DNA from: Callorhinchus milii
Lineage: Eukaryota
DNA length: 64,000 bases
Direction of reading: 5' to 3'
Assembly: GCF_018977255.1 (NCBI RefSeq)
Contig: NW_024704743.1
Coordinates: 74,588,001 to 74,652,000, forward strand
Each line of letters opens with the position of its first letter. Position 1 is the stretch's first letter. A model generated the notes under the pieces. That model ran no database searches. It was not told where the DNA came from and saw only the letters and a list, made by a program, of their open reading frames with translations. The position numbers were made by a program, and so were the translations under genes. This document shows, in pieces, positions 24,770 to 37,854 of this stretch.

Positions 24770-26805
24770 TGGCCGATGGGGAAGGCCTTGAGATGTGCCT
24801 CGCTTCTTTCCTCCCCCAGCATTCCCTCCATGAACCCCTCCAATCTGAGCTTGGTGCTGCTCACAGCACAGAGGCAACCCTGGTCAAAGTGGTGTCCACC
24901 TGTGACCAGGGCTCGCTCTGTCTCCTCGTCCTTCTTGAGCTCTCGGACACTTTCGATACAGTCGACTCTTACTTTTCCACTGCCTCTCCTCTCACCTCCA
25001 CCTCAACGGTTCCGTTCTTGCCGGGGTCCAATCCTACCTTTCCCACCATCTGCACTTAGTGTCCACCAACGGCTTCTCCTCCAGCCCCCGCATTGTCACA
25101 TGTGGCGTCCCTCAGAGCTCTGTCTTCGGTCCCCTCCTCTTCAATCTATACATGCTCCTACTCAGTGATGTTGTGTGTCTGACGAAGGGTCATGAACCCG
25201 AAATGTTGATCCACTTTCTCCATAGATGCTGCCTGATCTGCTGAGTGTTCTCAGCGATCTCTGCTTTTGTTTGTAATTTGTTGTTGTTGTTCAGGGAGAC
25301 AAAGGAGAGAGTGAGGCGAAAGGAAGGTGGGATGGATTTCCAAAAGCTGTGGGGACTGAAAGCCCAACCTTGGATGGTGGCAGGGTACATGGAGCAGGTC
25401 AGAACCTGCTCAGTGGAGGGAGTGGACAAGTTGATATGGGTTAATCAGGTCACAACAACAAAAAAATTACATTTATAGAGCGCCTTTCATGTCGGGAGGA
25501 TGTCCCAAAGTGCTGAACAGTCAGATGTTGGGGCCCGAGCATAGGGGAGGGTTGGTGTAGGGGTGAGGAAGGCAGACAGGTGGGAGGGAGACCAAAGGCA
25601 CGGTCAAAGAGAAGGGTCTTAAGACCGGCCTTGAAGGAGGCAAGGGAGGAAGCGAGGCGAAGGGACCGTGGGATGGAGTTCCAGAGTGTGGGGGCAGAGA
25701 GGCTGAAAGCCCGGCCACCGCTGGTAGGGTGGGTTGGACGGGAGACATGAAACAGGCCTGATGAGCGGAGGGAGCGGGCAGGTTGGTAAGGAGTCAGCAG
25801 GTCAGAGAGGTAGGAGGGGGCAAGGCCATGGATGCCCTTAAAGGTGAGGACCAGAATCTTGAACTCGATCCTCTGGGGGATGGGGAGCCAGTGGAGTCGG
25901 GCGAGGGTGGGAGTGATGAGATCGCGGAGCCTGGTGCGTGAGAGTACACGAGCTGCAGAGTTTTGGATGATTTGCAGCTTGTGAAGGGAAGAGTTGGAAG
26001 GCCGATGAGGAGGGAGTTCCCGTAATCGAGCCTTGATGTGACGAATGCGTGGGTGAGGGTTTCGGCAGCCTGAATGGTGAGGCAGTGGTGGAGGTAGACA
26101 GTGCCGGTCATGGTGCGGATGTGGGGGAGAAAGGACAGTTCAGGGTCAAACAAGACACCCAGGTTCCTGACTGGCTTAGTGAGGTCGAGTGTGCAGCTGT
26201 GGAGGCTGATGCTGCCAGCACCTGAGGTGCGGAGGCGCTGGCGCGAGCCAATCAGGAGAGCCTCGGTCTTGCTGAGGTGAGTTGGAGAAAATTGGCCCTC
26301 GTCCAGTACTTGATGTCAGTCAGAACCTCAGTAGTTCAGGGTGGAGGCAGAGAGGTAGAGTTGGGTGTCATCCGCATACATGTGGAAATTTACTCCATGT
26401 CTGCGGATGACATCACCAAGAGGGAGCATGTAGAGGGTGAATTGAAGGGGACCGAGCACAGAGCCCTGAGGAACACCTCATGAGACAATGCGGGGGCTGG
26501 AGGAGAAACCATTTGCCACAACGAAATGGAGGCGGTGTGAAAAGTAAAACCTGAACCAATCAAGGACAGAATCTTGAAGGTTGAGGTGGGAGGAGAGGCA
26601 GTGGAGGAGGATTGAGTGGTCCACGGTGTCAAAGGCAGCGGAGAGGACGAGGAGGCAGAGGGAGCCCTGGTCACACATGGTCAGGATGTCGTTTGTAACC
26701 TTGACCAGAGCAGTTTCCGTGCTGTGGGCAGCACGGAAACCCGATTGGAGGGGTTCATGGAGGGAGTGAGAGGAGAGGAAAGAGCGAAGCTGAGGTAGGA
26801 AGGCA
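24770..26805. mobile_element. L2 LINE fragments; main minus-strand copy 25452-26805 with degenerate RT
   Basis: QSGFRAAHSTETALVKV, SAAFDTVDH, YADDTQ and AFVTSRLDY motifs with frameshifts. Confidence 0.9.
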
Positions 26806-28414
26806 CAAGTTGCTGTGTGTGACGAAACAGCTTTGGATGGATGCGTAATTTTTGAAAATAGTTTAAAATTGCAAAGTGTCTTTCTTCCGTTTGAAGACCT
26901 TTTCTTACATAGTTTAGAATTCACTGGCCACTCTGCTGCCTATAGATTGAGACGTCCTCCCGACGTGAAAGGCGCTATACAAGTGTAATTTTGTTGTTGT
27001 TGTTGGGCTACTTTGGGGCTAGTATTTTGGTGGGCTTTGGGCTACAAACATATTTCAGTTTCTGGCAAACCGGCCACCTGCTACCTCCACTCTGCCCCAG
27101 GTACAGACTACTGCCATGGTAAACCATGCAGTTTTAACTGGTTAAACTCCCCAACAAATGTTCTGGGTCCCAAGCCTAGGCTCTTGCCAACCTGCGCCTC
27201 ATGCTCTCCGGTATTATGTTGGCAGGATGCTTCCCTCCAGGGAGGGTGTGCACATTCCATTCCAAACATGGGATGTGTCCATTTTGTCGTGGGCCTCATG
27301 GAACTCCTAGTTTGGTTTGGAAAGTCTTAAGCATAGTGATAGGTTTATGCATGTGTCAGACACCCAGCTGACCAAACAAATGCGAGCAAAGGAACACTTC
27401 TGTCACAGTCCACTGCACCAACAGACAGTGACTTCAGCACAGCCTGGTTATGTAAGAACCCTCCTCTCTCCCGATTTATACAGATACTCGAGCAGCACGA
27501 TTAGGAAAGCTTGATGGTATTTTATTGGAATTTCTCATAGCCTAACTTATACTTCCCGACAAATCAGATAAATACAACGCAATTTAGAATAATAAAACCT
27601 CACACATTTAACTACACAGCTGGCAGCCTTTTAACAAGTTAGTCAATCATGATCCTCCTCTTTATCAGGCATGTACCTCTTTGATGTCAAAACAAAACGA
27701 AGAGTGATGCAGGCTCGCTCTTTTTAAGGATATTAAGCCCATCTTCGTATTTTGGGAGTATCTGAATTATCTCCCTCCTGAATTATTCAGTGTTACAGTG
27801 GCCACACCCCCCATGCAGCTACGATCCTCTTTTTCCTGCCAAAAAATCATTATATCATGATGGCCCCGCCACCTGGATACTAATGATCCTTTTTTTCCTT
27901 CCCAGTGGTTTTATTTGTCCCGATGTCAAACTTGATGGCGCCAAAGAGGCATTTAGCTTTAAAATTAAATACAATCCATGGACTTAAAATGCTCTTAATG
28001 CCACGTGTCTTATATTGTGTAACCGCACATACGCAAACTTTCTAATGGCACATACATCAAGCTTGCAAGAGTGCACAGGCTCACTTAATATATGGTTGTG
28101 CTAAAGCACTGTTAAACAACTGCCTTTTTGAATATACGGTTGTGCTAAAGCACTGTTAAATAATTGTGCTTTAGCACAAGCATATATTCAAAAAGGCATA
28201 AAAATACATAGAAAAGCAACTTTACGATACAAAAAATGGAGTGTCTGTGACAAGACACACAGACAGAGAGATATAGATAGATACTCAGAGAGAGAGACAG
28301 AAAGAGAGATACAGAGACACAGATATACAAAGACACACCGACAGAGAGATAGATACAGAAAGAGAGACACACACAGACATAGAGAGAGTGGTACAGTGAG
28401 AGACAGATACAGAG

Positions 28415-30976
28415 ACAACAACAACAAAATTGCATTTGTATAGCGCCTTTCACTTCGGGAAGACATCCCAAGGCACTGGACAGACAGAGTTTCGGACCTG
28501 AGGTGAGGGTCGGGGTGGGGGAGGGTGGAGGGCAGGGGAGAAGCAGGGAGATCAAAAGCACGGTCGAAGAGGAGGGTCTTGAGGTGGGTCTTGAAGGTGG
28601 CGAGGGAGAGGTCGAGACAAAGGGACTGTGGAATGAGATCCAGAGGGTGCGTGCAGAGTGGCGGAAGGCCCGCCCGCCGATAGTGGGCGAGCAAGGCAGG
28701 GGTCATGAAGCAGGCCGGAAACCGCTGAGCGGAGGGAGCGGACGGGATGATAGGGGGTTAGGAGGTCAGAGAGGTAAGGGGGAGCAAGACCATGGAGGGC
28801 TCTGAAGCTGAGGACCAGGATCTTGAACTATATCCACTTTGTGAAGGGAAGCCAGTGGAGTTGGCAAGGATGGGGGTGATAGGGTCACGGAGCCTAGTGC
28901 GGGAGAGGACACGGGCTGCAGAGATCTGGATGATCTGCAGCCTGTAGAGGGAGGAGTTGGGGAGGCCGACAAGCAGTGAGTTTGCATAGTCGAGCCTCGA
29001 TGTAATAACATAACATAACATGTAGGAGCAGGAGTAGGCCATTCGGCCCTTCGAGCCTGCCCCGCCATTCAATCATGGCTGATCTTCTAATCTAACTCCA
29101 GCTAATACCATAACCCTGCCTTGTCCCCATATCCCTTAATCCCTTTTGCAATAAGAAATCTATCTATCTCAGTCTTGAATATGTTCAAGGACTGAGCGTC
29201 AACAGCCCTTTGGGGTAGTGAGTTCCATACATTCACCACCCTTTGAGTGAAGAAGTTCTTCCTCAACTCAGTGCGAAAGGGCTGGCCTCTGATTTTAAGG
29301 TTGTGACCCCTGGTTTTAGTTTCTCCAACCAGGGGAAACAATCTCCCACTATCTACTCTATCATGCCCTTTGATGATCTTATAGGCTTCTATAAGATCCC
29401 CTCTAATTCTTCTATATTGTAGAGAATATAGGCCCAAATTGGTCAGCCTATCCTCGTAACTCATCCCCTTGTAAATCTACGCTGCACCCCCTCCAAGGCA
29501 AGTACGTCCTTCCTTAAATGAGGAGACCAAAACTGGACACAGTATTCCAGGTGTGGTCTCACCAGGGCCCTATACAGTTGCAGCAAGACTTCCCTACTCT
29601 TATACTCTAATCCTTTCATAATGAATGCTAACATACCGTTCGCCTTCCTAATTGCTGCTGCGCCTGCAGACTAACTTTCTGTGATTGGTGTACAAGGACA
29701 CCCAAGTCCCTCTGGACACTAACACATTCCAATCTCTCCCCTTCTAAAAAATAACCCGCTCTACTGTTTTTGCTACCTAGGTGGATGACTTCGCACTTCC
29801 CTACATTATACTTCATCTGCCACCTACCTGCCCAATCACCTAACCTATCTATATCGCGCTGCATTTTTTTAATGTCGTCCTCTATGTTGACACTTCCTCC
29901 TAGTTTTGTGTCATCTGCGAATTTAGATATATTAACTTCGATGTCCTCATCTAGATTGTTGATGTAGATGGTAAATAGCTGAGGCCCAAGGACTGATCCT
30001 TGTGGCACTCCACTAGTCACATCCCGCCAATCCGAAAAGGACCCGTTTATCCCTACTCTTTGTTTCCTACCCGTTAACCATTCCCCAATCCACGTTAATA
30101 TGCTCCCCCAATTCCATGGGCCCTTATCTTTTGGACTAACCTTTTATGCGGCACCTTATCGAATGCCTTCTGGAAGTCCAAATAGACCACATCCACTGAT
30201 TCACCCTTATCTCGTTTACTGGAAATGTCCTCAAAAACTCTATGAGATTTGTCAAACATGACTTCCCTTTTGTAAAGCCATGTTGACTTGGCCTAATTAT
30301 GTTGTGCTCCCCTAAATACTGCATACCACATCCTTAACCAACAATTCTAATTTTTTTGCTATCACTGATGTGAGTCTAACTGGCCTATAGTTCCCCATCT
30401 TTTCCTTTCCACCGTTTTTAAATAGTGGTGTAACATTTGCGATCTTCCAATCCATGCAGACTCTTCCAGAATCCAAGAAATTTTGGAAGATCAGACATAA
30501 GGCCTCCACTATCTCATAAGCTACCTCTTTTAAAACCCTGGGATGCAAGGGGTGTATGAGGGTATCAGCGGCCTGCGGTGTGAGACAGTGTCAGAGCCGG
30601 GCGGTGTTGCAGTGGTGGGGAAGGCAGAGCGGGTAATGGCACAGATGTGGGATAGAAAGGATAGTTGAGGGTCAAACAAGAAGCCAAGGTCCCGGACTGG
30701 CTTAGCAAGGTGGAGTGTGCAACCATGGATGGTGATGCTGTCAGCACTTGAGGTGAGAAGGCGCTGACGGGAGCCAATCAGGAGAGCCTCGGTCTTGTTG
30801 ACGTTCAACTGAAGAAAGTTTGCTCTCATCCAGGACTTGATGTCTGATGGACATTCAGTCAGGACAGCAGTGGTCCTGGAGTTGAGGGTGGAGGCAGAGA
30901 AATAGAGTTGGGTGTCATCCGCATACATGTGGAAGTTGACCCCGTGTCTGCCGATGATGTCACCAAGAGGGAGCAA
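28415..30976 (-). mobile_element. L2 LINE (28415-29005 plus 30549-30976) split by a CR1 insertion
   Basis: [11 protein letters not shown] in the distal part and [12 protein letters not shown] plus the 3' tail in the proximal part; the two parts are colinear with the intact L2 near 26030. Confidence 0.88.
29006..30548 (-). mobile_element. CR1-clade LINE, 5'-truncated, with RT and 3' UTR
   Basis: [48 protein letters not shown]; (ATGTT)n tail. Confidence 0.93.
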
Positions 30977-31170
30977 TATAGATATTGAAGACATTGAGAC
31001 ATACACAGACAGAGAGAAACAGACAGAAAGAGAAAGAAAGACACATACATGCACACACACACAGAGTCAGAGAGACAGAGAGAGAGAGAGGTACAGAGAC
31101 ACAGAGGGAGAGATACTGTACAGTTACTAAACCTATTGCTTCCGAAGGTACAATGTTACAAGCTCAACCT

Positions 31171-32245
31171 TCACTTGATTACCTTTCTAGAAACCACTAA
31201 CTCACCATCGAACCAGCTTTGAGAGCCGCTGCAGTTGGCAGTTTTACATCTGGGAACTTGTTTGCTGAATTTAATACATTTTCCCAGACATTGTGCTAAA
31301 TACATTTTAAGTTTTGTATGCACAAAAGCGTAAAACACGGGGTTTAGACAGCAGTGAAAATAAGCAACGTTACGACTGATGAAATACGCGTAGTCAATGT
31401 GTTTGCTTGTCTCACAGGTTGTGAATAGCGACACATCAAGTTGTTTCAGAGAGACCAGGAAAATCACCATATTGTATGGTGCCCAACACAGGAAGAAAAT
31501 CACAATACACAAGATAACCTTCACTGCTTTGTACTTCTTCCTTGCTTTACACCTCAGCACAGTGTTCATGATTTTATAACAGCAATACACAATGACAACT
31601 AATGGAATTAAGAAGAACAATATAATTTGCTGATAATACCCGAACAGTAACCAGATGTGTTCACTATCTTCTGGATAGTTAGCCTCACAAAACTTTGTTT
31701 GAACCCATGTAATTTCAGTGGAGTAAATGAATTCAGGCACTGAGGCTGATAAACTAATTGCCCAAACGACCAGGCTTGCTGTGACTGCGTAGCAGGTTTT
31801 TCTACTCCTTGCAGCGTAAACAGCGTGGACCACAGCAAAGTATCGATCAGCCGTCATCAGTGTCAGAAACATGATCCCGTTGTAATAGCCAACGAAGAAA
31901 ACACCGCTCAATAATTTGCACATGACGTTCCCAAAGACCCATCCAGATACGTGATCCTTTGCCCAAAACGGGAGCGAGGCGGCAAAAAGCAAATCCGAAA
32001 TGGCCAGATTCACAATGAATATGTCCGTTATGGTTTTCAGCTTCTCGTACCTCAACATGATCCACAAAACCAAACTGTTTCCAACCACGCTTAAAATGAA
32101 GATCAAGCTGTACAAAGTGACCGTCAATGTGACTCCAAACATGTTGCTATCGTAATTTTAACAGAGAACAACAGTCTTCGTCAAAGTAACTGTAATTGTA
32201 ATTGTCATAGTTATAATAATCCTCAGTAGGCAGTGCAGTCATCAT
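31171..32245 (-). pseudogene. XCR1-like chemokine receptor with disrupted N-terminus (pseudogene or N-truncated GPCR)
   Basis: ORF 31171-32142 encodes a full 7TM body (GNSLVLW, NLAISDLLF, MTADRY, CWAPYN, SRNVAYFHCCLNPVFY). The pattern VLC.NY..MFG..L...LY / YQQIILFF / RNVAY resembles XCR1 more than CCRs. The Tyr/Asp-rich start MMTALPTEDYYNYDNYNYSYFDE (ATG 32245) is 1 nt out of frame, and there is an in-frame TAA at 32160-32158. A CTGCAG acceptor lies at 32255. Confidence 0.85.
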
Positions 32246-32295
32246 CCCTCCGCTCTGCAGAAGTAATCCTTGCTCAGTCAAATAAAATTGAGGTG

Positions 32296-32560
32296 TCAGC
32301 CTAGCTCAGTGGGTAGCACTCTGGCCTCTGAGTCAGAATGTTACAGGTTCAAGCCTCTGTTGGGGTTGTTGTGATCCTGGCTGACACTCAGTGTAGTGCT
32401 GGGGAGATGCTGCATTATTGGATTTGGGTCTTTTGGATGAGATATTAAACCGAGATATCATCTGCCTGTTAGGTTGATGCTAAAAGATCCCATGACACTA
32501 TTTGAGAAAGGAATGCAATGAATGACTATTTTTATTTGGGGGATTGTTGACCGCAACAAC
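32296..32560 (+). mobile_element. DeuSINE-like SINE (tRNA head plus Deu core)
   Basis: A box TAGCTCAGTGG, GGTTCAAGCC, and core GATGAGATATTAAACCGAG…AAAAGATCCCATGACACTATTTGA resembling the AmnSINE1/SacSINE1 Deu domain as recalled. Confidence 0.7.
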
Positions 32561-32739
32561 AAGAGAGGATCTTTAATGTCCACTTTAACATGCATACAGG
32601 ACTTTGGTTTGATGCACCAGATTTCCAGAGAATATAGGAGTAAATTATCCATCTAGCAGTAATCTTTATCTCCAACAACAACAGTTTTACATTTATAAAG
32701 TGCCTTTCATATCGGAAGGTTATCTCGAAGTGGTTCGAG

Positions 32740-32947
32740 ATATCTGTCTCTGTATGTGTGTGTCTCTGTATTTGTGTGTCTGCATGTGTCTCTGTATTTA
32801 TCTTTCTCTGTCTGTGTATGTGTTTGTATCTCTCTCTCTCGTCTGTGAGTGTTTCTGTGTCTCTCTGTTTCTATGTGTGTCTGTGTATCTCTGTCTGTGT
32901 GTGTCTCGCTATATGTCTCTCTTTCTGTCTATGCATGTCTGTACCTC

Positions 32948-32978
<31 letters not shown>

Positions 32979-33320
32979 TTCTCTGTATCTATCTCTCTCT
33001 GTGGCTCTGTATCTCTCTCTCTTTGTGTCTCGGTATCTGTCTCTCTGTCTATGTATCTTTCACTCTCTCTGGATATCGCTGTCTCTCTCTCTGTATATAT
33101 CTGTCTCTCTCTCTTTCTCTTATGTGTATCTATGTGTGTGTGTGTGTCTCTCTCTGACTCGGTCTCTGTTTGTGTGTCTGATTCTCTCTCTGTCTCAGCT
33201 CTTTATCTCTCTATCTGTTTCTGTGTACATCTCTCTCTCTATATATATATATAATCTGTGTAAGTCTTTCTGTCTGTCTGTTTTGAGACTGACAGCAAAA
33301 GTCTGTGTCTCTCTGTCTGG
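32740..33320. repeat. (TC/TG)-rich low-complexity tract
   Basis: Degenerate TGTCTC microsatellite; similar tracts at 28250-28415, 30985-31115, 34410-34545 and 34935-35030. Confidence 0.9.
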
Positions 33321-33339
33321 GTAGTTTTTTTAAAAAAAG

Positions 33340-35170
33340 AGGAAAGCAGTGATGACAGCGGTTTTGAGGGGGAGTGGGACAGGCCCTGAGGAGAGGGACT
33401 GGTTGACCTTGTCGCCCGCTCTGCTCGCCCCACTATTGGTGGGCAGGCCTTCCGCCACTCTGCACCCACCCTCTGGAAATCCATCCCGCAGTCCCTCAGT
33501 CTCGTCCCCTCCCTCACCATCTTCAAGACCCACCTCAAGACCTTCTTCTTCGACCGTGCTTTCGATCTCCCTGCTTCCCCACCTGCCCTCTACCCTCCCC
33601 CAACCCAACCCTCAGCTCAGGTCTGTAACTCTGTCTGGGGGAAAATGACCTTTGAGGGAGGAGGAGAGGTGGGAAGAGTCCAGATGTGGATGAGGGAAGG
33701 AGAGGTTGGTTGCCTTCTGGATCCAGGGGGAGGCTCTTGCAGAGAGAGTGGGCGATGGGGCAGTTGGGGTGGCTGCTTTGGGACAACCAACAACGTGTGT
33801 TGTGATGAGCATGGCAGAGGATGCCCAGGCTGGAACAGAGGGAGCCTGTGGAAAAGTCCAGGAGAGAGAGAAGGAGAGGAGGGCGGTGGGAGAAAAGGAC
33901 AGAGGTTCAGTATCGGAATGTGAGAGTAGAAATGGGGGCATTTTGAGGGGGTTGGCTCAGGTCAGGGGCGTTAGCCAAAATGCGCACAGCGAGAGACCTG
34001 GAGCGAGCAATCAGCGGGGCATGGAGGGGCTTAGAGGAGACAGTCCCGGGGAGAGAGAGAGGGGGGATAGCATTCATAGTCTTATTTGCTAGGCTAGACA
34101 AAACCCCAGCTTAATAAAAATACAGGTTTGAGAGGAGAGACAAAAGAGGTGCACCAAATTCCCACTCTCACGAAATTCATGGTGTAGTGGCCTCACTCCA
34201 TCTACAGCTCACTCTAACGGCCTCTGTGCTGGAGTGAAGCTCTGGCAAGACTTCCCTTTATATCATCCCCAGAGAGAACCAGTTCAACTTGTCAGCTAAG
34301 AATAACACCTTGCCAATGATTTCCTTCCCGCCGATCAGAAAGACAAGTTAGAAAAGAACAAGTAAACACACAGATTTAACCAGATTCTCTACTATTTTAT
34401 TATTTTACCTGTCTTTCTGTCTGTGTCTCTCTACCTCTCTCTATGTGTGCCTTTCTCTGTCTGTGTGTGTCTCAGTATCTGTCTCCTTTTCTGTCTGTGT
34501 GTGTTTCTCTCTCTATGGCTGCATCTCTCTCTCTTTCTCTCTGTACCTACAACATCAACAACAAAATTACATTTGAAAAGTGCCTTTCACGCCGGGAGGA
34601 TGTCCCAAGGCGATGGACAGACAGAGTTATGGACCCGAGCTGGAGGTCGCGGAGAGTGGGGGGAAAGCAGGGAGATCGAAAGCACGGGTGAAGAGGGTCT
34701 TGAGATGGGTCTTGAAGGTGACAAGGGAGGGGGTGAGGGATGGTGTTCCAGAGGGTGGGGGCAGAATGGCAGAAGGCCTGTCTGGGGGGGGGCATGAAGC
34801 AGGCCGGAGCCCGCTGAGCGGAGGGAGTGAACAGGATGGTAGGGCGTTAGGAGGTCGCAGAGGTAAGGGGGAGCAAAGACCATGAAGAGCTTTGAAGGTG
34901 AGGACCAGGATCTTCACGTTCAAAGACCTCTCGTTCCATGTGTCTCTGTATCTCTCTTTCTTTATGTGTCTCTGTATCTCTTTGTCTGTGTGTGTCTGGG
35001 TTACCTGTCTCTCTGTCTGTGTGTCTCTGTACCTCTCCACTCACCTCCACCTCAACGGTTCTGTTCTTGCCTGGTTCCAATCTTACCTTTCCCACCGACT
35101 GTACTTCGTGGCCATCAACGGCTTCTCCGCTAGCCCCCGCACTGTCATGTGTGGTGTCCCTCAGGGCTCT
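33340..35170. mobile_element. Several L2 fragments in both orientations
   Basis: 3' end pieces at 33405-33640 (+) and 34548-34915 (-); RT piece at 35030-35170 (+). Confidence 0.75.
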
Positions 35171-36326
35171 GTCCGCATTGAGGCAGCGTGAGGCTTTGCT
35201 TGATAGGAGATCAAATCTTATGGAATAAGAAACTGAGGAAATGCGACATTTCCTGTTTTCTGTAATTGGAAAGCGTAGTGTCCTGGGTCGAGCAAAACCA
35301 CACGATCAAATAGAACAAAGGGGGCATACTAGCAGATATATACATAATGATAAACGTTGCATTTGATTTAGTGGCAATTTTCATTGAAAAATCCCAAAGC
35401 ACTTTTATTGAGTTTTCTGTAAAATGTAGAGCCTGTGAATTTGTATGCAAATCTGCATTTATATCTCCAAGAAATGGTCACAAAGTGAATGAACAGCTCC
35501 TTTCTAATTGTGAATGGGATCTTTGACGTCCACATGTCCAGGCTGGTGGGATCTTGGTTTAATGTCTCATCCAGTAACTGCTTGGAATGTCAGCCTAAAC
35601 TATGAGCAAAACTATGTCCATCTACTCTAAATGGATTGACTGCACCCTGGGGAATTTAGAGAGACAAAGCAGTCAATCAGAACAAACTTACAGTCAAAAG
35701 GAGAACTCAATGAATTTTATAGATCAAGTGTGAAGTGACTGAATGGTATTTCCCAATGTTATGTTCCTAGAAAGACTGTAAAAGAATTCAACTAAAGTAA
35801 ATATAAAAATGACAAAAAACCCAGCAGCTAAATTTGTAGGTATTGTGATATCAGGAGGAACCTGTGATCAGAGTTTTGGCATGTGTCTATCAATGAGTAA
35901 GACCAAGTGAGTCCTGCATGTGAGAACCACATTTGCTTGTTTCTAGTCTCACAAAGGGCAATTGACACGCTCAAAATGCCTGGAAATGCTGCACAAAACT
36001 ACTCCTTTGTATGTCTGAATTCCCCACGGTGCAGGTTGAATGAATTCAGGCATAGGGTTTGAGATGAAACTACATCAGCCATGCTCCAGTAGCTGGTGGA
36101 TTCTGTCCTGATGGAGGCCAGTGTATAGATTATATCCATATAATCACCAATATAGTGTTATTTAGCATTACATAGAGCATCATCTGTTTCCCCAATTACG
36201 TAAAGTCAGGTTAATAGTTAAGGCAGAGAAATGCTTCCTTTTTGGCCTTTCTTATAATATTTTTTGATTTGGTGATTCACCCATTTAATTGTTTTTGTGC
36301 TTTTTATTTCTGGATAAACTAATTAA

Positions 36327-37850
36327 CTAATAAACTGCTTTGGGTTTCTTGGCTAATGCCCACATCAGATCAAAATATTTCTTTTTTCTGATGAAAACTG
36401 GATGAGTGGCAGGAAACAATGTCACAATATATTGAGAATTAAATATTGGTGAGAACCAGTTGTGAAAGAATCTACCCACATACATTCTAAACTTTTCACC
36501 CATAAAGGCATATATAAATGGGTTCACACAGCAGTGTGTGAAGGCTGAAGACTGTGTAATTTGGAGTGCCATTTGTAGACTATGTTTGTTTTCAATTTTA
36601 TTCAAAATCTCCATTTCCAGCAAAGAATTGAGGAAAAGTACAATATTATACGGGATCCAACACAAAAAACACAATCATTACTGATTGTGGACTCCATTTT
36701 GTGGAATCCTGTAGGTCAGTGGTTAGAGCACTCGCTTTGCAAGCGAGAGACCTGAGTTCAATTCCAGGCAGGACGAAACCTTGGGCAAGTTTCCTTACTC
36801 CACACAGAGCCTAATAATAATCCCTCCAAAACCAAAACCAATAATAAATTGGTCATTTTCAATCTATGACTGTTTGTGGGACATTGCTGTGCGCAATTGG
36901 CTGCCGCGTTCGCCCACAAATATAGTCGATTCACTTTACAGTATATTCTGTGAAGCGCTTTGAGATGCCGAGAAGATGTGAAAAGCACTAGAACAACAAG
37001 ATTGCATTTAGAGAGCGCCTTTCACGTCGGGAGGACATCCCAAGGCGCTGGACAGTTGGGTCAGGACCCGAGCAGGGGGGAAATGGTCAGGGTGAGGGGA
37101 GGGAAGGGAGGGAGCGAGGAGGGGGGAAATGGTCAGGGTGAGGGGAGGGAAGGGAGGGAGCGAGGAGGGGGAAATGGTCAGGGTGAGGGGAGGGAAGGGA
37201 GGGAGCGAGGAGGGGGTAGAGAGTCGAGAGGGGAGCTGAAGGCTCGGTCAAAGAGAAAGGTTTTGAGACCGGCCTTGAAGGAGGAAAGGGAGGAGGCGGC
37301 GAAGGCACTGGGGGATAGAGTTCCAGAGCCTCGGGGCTGAGAGGCTGAAGGCCCGACCACCGATGGTAGGGCGGTTGGGGCGGGGGATGTGGAGTAGACC
37401 GGAGCCAGAGGAACGGAGGGTACGGGCAGGTAGGTAGGGGGATAGTAGGTCGGAGAGGTAGGAGGGAGCAAGGCCGTGAATGGCCTTGTAGGTGAGGATG
37501 AGGATCTTGAATTCGAGCGCTATATCAAATGCAAGGATTATTACTATTATTATTATTATTATCATAGCTGTGAATATTATTTTCGCAGCCTGATGATTGT
37601 TTGGTGGCTTCGGTCTCCTGAGCCCAAGTTACAATTATTCTGGAGTGTAACAGAAAGCTCTGACAGTAAAAAAGGAAATAAAAAAAATTCCCCCCCAAAA
37701 AAATATCTACATGGAAGAAGCTCCTCCCCCCCACCCCCCAAAAAATATATTTTTTTGATATCGTTGATATTGTTGCGTTTTGGGGTAGAAAATGACTACA
37801 TTCTGTTAATCCTGAAACTGCTTTAAATGTTGTAAAATATCGGTTGGGGC
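36327..37850 (-). pseudogene. CC-chemokine receptor (CCR4/5/8-type) pseudogene fragment, ECL2 to C-terminus, interrupted by SINE+L2
   Basis: 36327-36680 encodes TM6-TM7-helix 8 (CWIPYNIVLFL...AFTHCCVNPFIYAFMGEKFR). 37561-37850 gives, with frameshifts, PNRYFTT..TECSHF (ECL2), FCY/SRIIVT and HQAAKIIFTAMI (TM5-ICL3-TM6 start). TM1-TM3 are not found. Confidence 0.8.
36700..37560 (+). mobile_element. Young SINE (36700-36990 plus 37515-37560) containing a minus-strand L2 3' fragment (36991-37514)
   Basis: The SINE breaks at AAAAGCACTA and resumes at GAGCGCTATATCAAATGCAAGG(ATT)n. The insert encodes FKILILTYKAIHGLAPSYL and holds a 46-bp triplication at 37075-37215. Confidence 0.88.
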
Positions 37851-37854
37851 AGTG

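Noticed and set aside
29102..31060. Active autonomous retrotransposon or novel reverse-transcriptase system
   Set aside because: The RT motifs come from 5'-truncated, frameshifted CR1 and L2 copies typical of vertebrate genomes.
32700..33324. Hydrophobic Cys/Leu/Ser/Val-rich ORFs (also 28145-28561 and 34423-34797)
   Set aside because: Translations of TC/TG microsatellite and L2 fragments, not membrane proteins.
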